Source: a virus (Duplodnaviria; Caudoviricetes). From it: a stretch of DNA of 35,201 nucleotides. Below the pieces are notes generated by a model. That model searched no databases, had not been told where the DNA came from, and saw only the letters and a program-made list of their open reading frames with translations. The DNA is taken from positions 1 through 35,201 of IMG/VR virus record IMGVR_UViG_3300012952_003032; one strand, given 5' to 3'. Positions within the stretch are counted from its first letter, which is position 1. The number at the start of each line of letters is the position of its first letter. The translations under genes and the position numbers were made by a program. Of the stretch, positions 30,301 through 35,201 are shown one piece after another.

Positions 30301-30794
30301 ATACAATGGCAAGGCATAGGGGAAAAACTTTAAGAACAACTAATCCTGAAATAGCAGCATTAAAAAAGTTTATGATAACACAACTACCATTAACAGTAGC
30401 TTTTGATGTATTTACTTTACTTACTATTCCAGGCCTTAGAATCGTTAAGAGTGCAATGTATTACGGTTCTGGTTCTAAGGGATTAAGAGGATTTACATCT
30501 GATTTAGTATCGTTATCAATATCTGTTCCTATGATAATAGGGGTAATATTAAGTGGGAATGCAGATGATGAAGAAGATAGAGAAAAAATGATTAAATACT
30601 ATATGCGCAAAGGATTCTTTGGTTTTTTACCTATGTGGAAATTTGATAGTATAGTTGCATTAGCACAAATTATAGGCAGTTCTTCTAAAAGAGGTTTTGA
30701 TAACCTAATAGATGCTAGCAATGTATTTAGAGGCGGTAATATGCCTTGGAATAAAGCTATAAATCCAATCGCTAAAGAATTAATAGACGATTAA
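27375..30794 (+). CDS. Large ejection protein with C-terminal membrane-type helices (T7 gp16-C-like position)
   Basis: Helical; RVNFGLS...GWGMLQGKFKYW resembles a motif of large phage ejection proteins; hydrophobic helices near the C-terminus; GGAGG just upstream. Confidence 0.6.
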   Translation: MATKCDIAKADAENIIDNQEHKEEYLDKNSKVNKVLDEGKELQEILDNEYSKGQFVDESIINEKINKLYGKNSERKKIAIKIRALMDANESLAEYILQFAIEHIGENQKVGTAVSKDENGNLVQVDRYIELSRFPISSLKAIYKEALKPSFSTEGVGLTNFNGIFTNLITPKQRGAKEPSGAFWIIQRAVNGYANRVSHRIDRFTSKLKDKNEKTVWKGMNNVYESIQNLVSYHPQSSDPDLDIKYTSFFSRFMEGRIFQNDNGEWMIYADYGPITNERNFVQFYEKSNDVKHGWQNAVLLKDFTPQNKKKGDYYIEMPAKARKKFFELVNEARKIDNASFEYFQKAMQGSLDNIADELHQAFPNLKRQEVFQIMFRNKTETSKNLSKIILSKLTEEQLELYETLHKAFEPMIQDEFILVTGSKVEKRKNHWPGQFNEDLFKPMLDKLIMELDNTVDSITKLHDNKEDELGNKFDDSELAHLRKTIRVYNSKLNYAKVLSKKLDGYPTDVVHNQVLALVNDNKFFKRISNAYDRGQARTDEGVYFDYLRNMSGTVERNILVSKLIKSIVTSKNKNSDRMHKVVSRSAINLFKVPFHGTDIFRTGFLNRILPTPNTVEGINNMLNYIPGRNKTALQLAKTYRFISSYLSGTYLAGLGTTVQNMTDTLRNIIYSSFSEFQAARRDLVDPTKRKNIERIIQASGITEFSDFFSKSMVNGIIDRQLENAIANRVLKAMMDWANSNQKSPKSWSKNTEKFLETVTELLEKSNSILKPEDFLKFGLTKEQIKRRRKQIGQEKRLMFANKLVQFAIEKEFVFADAIKQRPWSPFIKKSASVAVEGYIATTTLFNVGNKALTMSATERWIRSVSFVIGLNRAQRAGLMNQDIPWYKFTDTKDINEAIKIGRGYQERVNFGLSTQAVGEYFYNGWGMLQGKFKYWSNQKFGADVRLWKEAYASMESMKNIESNAFDFKAIGKMFYTMARHRGKTLRTTNPEIAALKKFMITQLPLTVAFDVFTLLTIPGLRIVKSAMYYGSGSKGLRGFTSDLVSLSISVPMIIGVILSGNADDEEDREKMIKYYMRKGFFGFLPMWKFDSIVALAQIIGSSSKRGFDNLIDASNVFRGGNMPWNKAINPIAKELIDD

Positions 30795-30865
30795 GTAAAA
30801 AGCTTCCATAGTAAATACATACCTATAATATTAGGTATTAAAAATATTAATAAATCAATCAACAT
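30791..30865 (-). CDS. 24-aa hydrophobic peptide (MLIDLLIFLIPNIIGMYLLWKLFT), not in the ORF track
   Basis: Overlaps the upstream - strand ORF; its stop overlaps the + strand stop in TTAA. Confidence 0.35.
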   Translation of the reverse strand: MLIDLLIFLIPNIIGMYLLWKLFT

Positions 30866-31031
30866 TATCTACTATATACTTAGATTTTCTCATAGCTATA
30901 TTTAATTGTAATTTTATACTAGCTGGTAAGTCATCATAATTATCTACATTTGACATTATATCTTGAATAAGATTGTTGTAGATAGCTATCGTTATTTCGT
31001 CCTTAAGTTTCTTCTTTTCTTGGTAATTCAT
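30855..31031 (-). CDS. 58-aa hypothetical protein (MNYQEKKKLKDEITIAIYNNLIQDIMSNV...), not in the ORF track
   Basis: AGGAG SD about 6 nt upstream; open 59-codon frame. Confidence 0.6.
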   Translation of the reverse strand: MNYQEKKKLKDEITIAIYNNLIQDIMSNVDNYDDLPASIKLQLNIAMRKSKYIVDNVD

Positions 31032-31368
31032 TAGTTTCTCCTATAATTTTTAAAAACTCTTCAAGTTCAAGAGCTATATATGTTTTAGTTCTGTTTCTTT
31101 TAAATACTACAGCAGGTATGTTGTCCCCACAATTATCTTCTGATTGAGACAAGGATTCCCATATATTTAGCCTCTCTTGATTTTTACATTCAAAGCTAAA
31201 AGGTATTATATCCCGTGCTGCGGGAGAGAGGATTATATCTTCACCAGACTCTCCCATTACAGCTGTTTTTACATCACCTTCTCGTAATGTAGGGAAATAA
31301 CTATATATCTTTTCCTTCAGAAAGTTTTGTAGTCTCCTGCCTTTTCCTTTGGCTGATGATGGCTTCAT
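31003..31368 (-). CDS. PD-(D/E)xK nuclease, putative Holliday junction resolvase
   Basis: AKGKGRRLQ N-terminal helix, GEDI, FECKNQE, VVFKRNR: archaeal-type/T5 D14-like resolvase motifs. Confidence 0.85.
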   Translation of the reverse strand: MKPSSAKGKGRRLQNFLKEKIYSYFPTLREGDVKTAVMGESGEDIILSPAARDIIPFSFECKNQERLNIWESLSQSEDNCGDNIPAVVFKRNRTKTYIALELEEFLKIIGETNELPRKEET

Positions 31369-31528
31369 AAGCTATACCTTCTTTTAATAATTGTAATGTT
31401 TCGTTAAGAATGTTTATTCTTTGTTCCCTAGCGAAATTTACAACAGCATCAACCACATTAACAAGCTCTTCCTGCTTGCTATGTCTAGCAAATTCTACAA
31501 GATTTTCTGCAGTTTCTCTAAGATTCAT
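31301..31528 (-). CDS. Hypothetical helical protein
   Basis: AGGAG SD inside the upstream gene; tiles in the operon. Confidence 0.6.
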   Translation of the reverse strand: MNLRETAENLVEFARHSKQEELVNVVDAVVNFAREQRINILNETLQLLKEGIAYEAIISQRKRQETTKLSEGKDI

Positions 31529-31739
31529 TAGAAAAATCTCCTATTATTATTGGAACTTTATCTTCAGTTAAGCGTTTAAGGCTTAAATCTTTTGCATTCA
31601 TAGCATAGTTATGTATATCACTTTTTAATTTTTGACACACTTGCTCTAATGCAGCTTCATTCATTTGAATCCCATAATTCATAAAAGTTTTCTTTATGTA
31701 TTTTTTTGATATCAACATATCCTTGTCAATTAAAAGCAT
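31518..31739 (-). CDS. Histone-fold protein (short-alpha2 bacterial/phage type)
   Basis: LISKKYIKKTF-MNYGIQMNEAALEQVCQKLKSDIHNYAMNAKDL-SLKRLTEDKV follows the alpha1-L1-alpha2-L2-alpha3 pattern and spacing of prokaryotic histones. Confidence 0.65.
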   Translation of the reverse strand: MLLIDKDMLISKKYIKKTFMNYGIQMNEAALEQVCQKLKSDIHNYAMNAKDLSLKRLTEDKVPIIIGDFSNES

Positions 31740-31903
31740 TACAATCCTAACCTTTGTTTTATTCTATTCTGAACAGATTCGACCTCACCCATTCTTTGAT
31801 TAAGATTTAATACTATTTCTTTTAATTCTTTAGCAAGCTCAATAAATTCTTCTATATTATCTTGCTTTACTTCTGCTTTTTTTGTCGTTTTTCTGGTTGC
31901 CAT
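31739..31903 (-). CDS. 54-aa coiled-coil protein (MATRKTTKKAEVKQDNIEEFIELAKELKEIV...RLGL), not in the ORF track
   Basis: AGGAG SD; TAATG coupling to the histone-fold gene. Confidence 0.7.
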   Translation of the reverse strand: MATRKTTKKAEVKQDNIEEFIELAKELKEIVLNLNQRMGEVESVQNRIKQRLGL

Positions 31904-32061
31904 TCGCTTCTCCTAATTTCATTATTTTTTATTGTTTCAACATTATCTGGAATACCAAATCCCAATTCTTTTTTGTGTCTATCACTAACTTCTTTTATTA
32001 CTCTGTCCATCATATCATTAAAAGATTCATCAGAGTAACCACACTTAGGACATCTCTTCAT
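31867..32061 (-). CDS. Hypothetical protein with N-terminal CPKCG
   Basis: GGAG SD; single CxxC knuckle. Confidence 0.6.
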   Translation of the reverse strand: MKRCPKCGYSDESFNDMMDRVIKEVSDRHKKELGFGIPDNVETIKNNEIRRSEWQPEKRQKKQK

Positions 32062-32078
32062 ATTGTCTCCAATTTATC

Positions 32079-32360
32079 TTATTTTTTTTCATCATCTTTT
32101 TTCCGTATTTTTTTATCTGATACTGCATTATTCTGGTCAAGATGTCCTTTTTTTCGGTCTTCATTCTCCTCCTTGTTTAATTTATGAAGGTTTTTGTTAT
32201 TCTCTAAGTATTTTTTAAACTCCTCTTCTTTGTCAAGAAATCTAACAAAATTACTAAATGCTACTCCTATACTCTCTAACATTCTTGTTGAAAAATTAAG
32301 CTGTGAAGTTACTAAGTTTAATCTTTCTTCTATCTCTCTTATTGTTGGTTTTTTTGCCAT
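32079..32360 (-). CDS. Hypothetical protein
   Basis: AAGGAG SD; helical N-terminus and charged tail. Confidence 0.7.
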   Translation of the reverse strand: MAKKPTIREIEERLNLVTSQLNFSTRMLESIGVAFSNFVRFLDKEEEFKKYLENNKNLHKLNKEENEDRKKGHLDQNNAVSDKKIRKKDDEKK

Positions 32361-32369
32361 TCTTTCTCC

Positions 32370-33221
32370 TTAGAATATATACCTTACTTCTTGCCAAGGC
32401 AATTTATCTTTATGCATTGTTAAAAAGTTATTTATATACTCTTTTTTTAGTTTATGTTCATATCTTATGTTCTGATTACCATACTCAGAAACTTTAATTT
32501 CCTGATTCTCTGGTGTCCATAAGATTTTATCTACTTGTTTAGAATTAATTTTACGCATCTTTTCATTGTGTGTTAAAAATATACACTCTGCTTTAACTCT
32601 GTTTTTAATCGATTTATCAATGTTCATGTCAACTAATTTAAATAATTTTATGTAATCTTCTATGTAATCTTTGTAGACTATAATAGGAGAGTAGTTTAAA
32701 TGAACATCATATCCAGCTTCATAAAAATCATTAACTGCTTTTATTCTATCTATAATACTGGAAGTTCCTGGTTCTAATGTATCAGACATAATCTGAGGCA
32801 TTATACTAAATCTAATACGTATCTTTTTATTTGCATTATAATCTAGTAATTTTTTATTAACATATTTTGTTGCAGCAGTACCCATTGCTTTAGGTTCGTG
32901 TTTAAAATAATCAAACAACTTTTCCCATTCGTGGTATCTTGCATGCAACACATAATCTTCATTGCAGCTAAAATCATACGTGTAATATTCTTTATGTGTT
33001 TGGTTAGGTTCTTTAGGCCATTTTAATAGCCATAAATGTCTAGCTATAGCATCTATTATTTCATTTGTATTTTTAGAAATTGTTAATCCATTTGGTAAAT
33101 GCCTTCTCATATAACAGTATTCACATTTATATAAACACCCAAAACCAAAACTAGGTGTAATGTAATCACTGCTACGTCCTGACTCCCTTATTATCATAGT
33201 CTTGCGTGTTATAAATTTCAT
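32370..33221 (-). CDS. splB: Spore photoproduct lyase-family radical SAM protein
   Basis: GC29LYKC33EYC36Y cluster motif; DFSC86NED matching the SPL H-donor Cys context; RIRFSI, RIKAV..FYEAGYDVHLNYSP, IRY and terminal RYIF. Confidence 0.85.
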   Translation of the reverse strand: MKFITRKTMIIRESGRSSDYITPSFGFGCLYKCEYCYMRRHLPNGLTISKNTNEIIDAIARHLWLLKWPKEPNQTHKEYYTYDFSCNEDYVLHARYHEWEKLFDYFKHEPKAMGTAATKYVNKKLLDYNANKKIRIRFSIMPQIMSDTLEPGTSSIIDRIKAVNDFYEAGYDVHLNYSPIIVYKDYIEDYIKLFKLVDMNIDKSIKNRVKAECIFLTHNEKMRKINSKQVDKILWTPENQEIKVSEYGNQNIRYEHKLKKEYINNFLTMHKDKLPWQEVRYIF

Positions 33222-33235
33222 ATTTCTCCTTAGTT

Positions 33236-33295
33236 ATATAAAGCCATGCTCGGTAGTCCTATTTCATACTGACGTGAGTCTCATAGGCTTTATAT
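33236..33295. other. Long intergenic stem-loop upstream of the splB-like gene
   Basis: Perfect 10-bp arms atataaagcc (33236-45) / ggctttatat (33286-95), with further inner pairing (atg/cat, ctc/gag). Confidence 0.6.
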
Positions 33296-33337
33296 GTTAA
33301 AGAACCTGCACCCTAGAAAGGTAGAAGATGCAGGTTC
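33296..33337 (-). terminator. Probable intrinsic terminator hairpin after the DUF932 gene
   Basis: gaacctgca (33302-10) / tgcaggttc (33329-37), extended by G-U pairs on the - strand and followed by a short UUUAAC tail. Confidence 0.5.
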
Positions 33338-33352
33338 CTGGCGTTCCTCTAA

Positions 33353-34159
33353 TTAAGCCATAGCTTTAAGCAATTTGTCAGTTATTACCTGATTATGCTC
33401 AAACGAAGCCATGGTTGGTTTTTCTTCATGCCACAAAACATCTGTGCATGCGTTATAGAAATCCCACATATTAACATCGATTCTATTATTTAGATTATTC
33501 CATCCATAACCATCTAAGAACCTTCTGCTAATTTTACCCCATAAAGTAACTGGGATGTGACTTAAATGATTCTCTCTTATATGAGCTAATCTGTTTAAAT
33601 TAACTGGCATTTCTACCATACTTCTCATTCTATTTGCAACTGTTTCAATATCTTCTCCACAGTTATCAACTACTTTAGCAGCGTTTATTATCTGCTCCTC
33701 ATAACCTTCTGATTTATTGTTATGCTTGAACCTCATCAAATTCATGAAGTCTTTTGTTATCATACCATTAGTACATAATAATCTTACGAGGAACGTTCTA
33801 AACTGCAACGCTGTAGACCCATCGTAGCTATTCCAAAAACCCATACCTAAAGCAATATCATCACCTTTAGCTATTTCTGTAGTTTCTGTTTTACACTGCA
33901 TGAAATGTATGTATCTCTTACCATCAAAGAAAGTCTTCATAGGCTCCCATTCATGTTTAGATTCAGTTGCTATTTCATTCGCTAGGTCTCTTACTTCACT
34001 ATTAGGAACAAGAAGATAGTTACTACCAACTACTCCACATTCCTTCCATATTAATCCACCTTCTTTATCTGCATCTCTTCTTTGTACAGCGTATGCTGAA
34101 GAAGTTATGCCTTGATAATCTAAAGGTACTTTTCTTATCTCACCATAAGGATGTATCAT
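33353..34159 (-). CDS. DUF932-family phage/plasmid protein
   Basis: GVVGSNYLLVPN, NSYDGSTAL...RLLCTNGMI, FKH and WDFYNACT motifs. Confidence 0.85.
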   Translation of the reverse strand: MIHPYGEIRKVPLDYQGITSSAYAVQRRDADKEGGLIWKECGVVGSNYLLVPNSEVRDLANEIATESKHEWEPMKTFFDGKRYIHFMQCKTETTEIAKGDDIALGMGFWNSYDGSTALQFRTFLVRLLCTNGMITKDFMNLMRFKHNNKSEGYEEQIINAAKVVDNCGEDIETVANRMRSMVEMPVNLNRLAHIRENHLSHIPVTLWGKISRRFLDGYGWNNLNNRIDVNMWDFYNACTDVLWHEEKPTMASFEHNQVITDKLLKAMA

Positions 34160-34644
34160 TTCAACCCCCTGACATGTTTATTTTTCCTTAACGCTACTCC
34201 AGGAATTTCTTTTCCTTCTTTTAATTCCTCAAGTATTCTTCTTTTATCCAGCCTTGTTTCAATCTTCTCAATGTAATATTCATTAGGTATTTTAGATTCA
34301 TCTAATATATCTACCTTACCTGTTTCCATTACTTTAATAGGATTGAATTCATCATGAGCTGGAAGTTGTCCACTAGCTGCATAAGCTTCTAGAACAAGCT
34401 GCTTTAGTCTTTCTTGAGTATATTTAAGCTTTTTAATTACATCATCAGCTTTTTGTTTATACTCTTTAGCTAAAGCAACTTTACTGTCTAGATTTTTATG
34501 AAACCAATAAACACCATTTTCTTTATCATGTAGTTCATCATGCAATAAATCTAACTGTTCATCTATCTCTTGTTCAGTTAATTCAAAGCTATTTTGAACC
34601 AGCATAATATCACTACTTATTTGGTTTAGACTTCTTTTAGCCAT
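34156..34644 (-). CDS. Siphovirus Gp157-like (Gam-like coiled-coil) protein
   Basis: SLNQI N-terminus, long coiled coil, C-terminal ILDESKIPNEY...LDKRRILEELKEGKEIPGVAL. Confidence 0.85.
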   Translation of the reverse strand: MAKRSLNQISSDIMLVQNSFELTEQEIDEQLDLLHDELHDKENGVYWFHKNLDSKVALAKEYKQKADDVIKKLKYTQERLKQLVLEAYAASGQLPAHDEFNPIKVMETGKVDILDESKIPNEYYIEKIETRLDKRRILEELKEGKEIPGVALRKNKHVRGLK

Positions 34645-35200
34645 TTAGACCTCCTGTCGGTGCTTCTATTTTAATTCCATTAACTTTAAGAAGAACATTT
34701 AAAGCTCCTCTTTCTCTGTTAGCTTCTGTTTTAATAACCATTGATTTTACATCACCAGTTTCAACATCCTTAGAAGTACTTAATGATAGTATTTTACTAG
34801 CATTGTAAGCAATTCTAAAAGAACCTCTAACTGATGATATGCTCATACCTTCTTGCATTGCTGACTTAGTTATCTCACATATTGCCATAACAATAACATT
34901 ATGTTTTATAGCTACATCCGTTAATGCACCTGCTATTTCTTCCATCTTAAGATTTAAATCTCTATGTTTAGATAACATTAAACCCATATGGTCAATAATA
35001 ACAATCTCTGGTTTTATTGGTAGCATACTTATTCTTTTTTCAAGTTCTATAGCAAAGCAAGGTTGATAATCTACATTCAACCAATCAAACTTATCTGCCA
35101 TTTTGAAATTAGACTGAGCATACTTTTTAGCTAACTCTTCTTCACTCCAACCTTGTTCTATCTGTATAAAACGTTTCCATATTTGACGTGGAGACATTTC
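34637..35200 (-). CDS. DnaB-like (SF4) replicative helicase C-terminal part, 5'-truncated by the window
   Basis: Frame is open to the window edge (E-M of motif H1a); IIDHMGLM (H2), ICEITK (H3), RGSFRIAYNASKILSL (H4), ANRE arginine-finger region. Confidence 0.8.
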   Translation of the reverse strand, partial: EMSPRQIWKRFIQIEQGWSEEELAKKYAQSNFKMADKFDWLNVDYQPCFAIELEKRISMLPIKPEIVIIDHMGLMLSKHRDLNLKMEEIAGALTDVAIKHNVIVMAICEITKSAMQEGMSISSVRGSFRIAYNASKILSLSTSKDVETGDVKSMVIKTEANRERGALNVLLKVNGIKIEAPTGGLNG

Positions 35201-35201
35201 C

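Noticed and set aside
1066-30317. Numerous - strand ORFs opposite the structural genes, and + strand ORFs at 31882, 32303 and 34839
   Set aside because: Antisense shadows of long genes with S/L/I/F-biased composition and no motifs or RBS.
12845-30794. TAG-to-Gln recoding as in some crAss-like phages (in-frame TAG junctions at 13981 and 27374)
   Set aside because: Multi-kb ORFs contain no internal TAG, and TAGs occur only at gene ends followed by SD/ATG, so code 11 fits.
33246-33290. Hammerhead ribozyme or tRNA in the intergenic hairpin (ctgacgtgag)
   Set aside because: Core does not match CUGANGA...GAAA in the right order; no cloverleaf or T-loop.
1-35201. CRISPR array, DGR, integrase or transposon
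   Set aside because: No regularly spaced repeats, reverse transcriptase, template/variable repeat pair or recombinase seen by eye.

Overview
AT-rich segment of a tailed dsDNA phage genome, probably podovirus-like, in standard genetic code with GGAG Shine-Dalgarno sites. The + strand (1-30794) is a late/structural region. It holds the end of a LamG tail-fibre gene, a lysis cassette (M15 endolysin, metallophosphoesterase, MscS-like and holin-like small membrane proteins), tail nozzle and fibre genes, and an ejection/internal-virion module. That module ends in a 3564-aa polyprotein with a zincin HExxH domain and a two-barrel RNA polymerase motif set (RxP...DGDGD), abutting a 1139-aa membrane-type partner. 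The only two cysteines I find in these ~4700 residues sit either side of the shared TAG-ATG junction. The - strand (30791-35201) is a DNA-metabolism region: DnaB-like helicase (truncated), Gp157-like protein, DUF932 protein, spore-photoproduct-lyase-family radical SAM enzyme, a short histone-fold protein and a PD-(D/E)xK resolvase. All family calls come from motif recognition by eye; no database searches were run.
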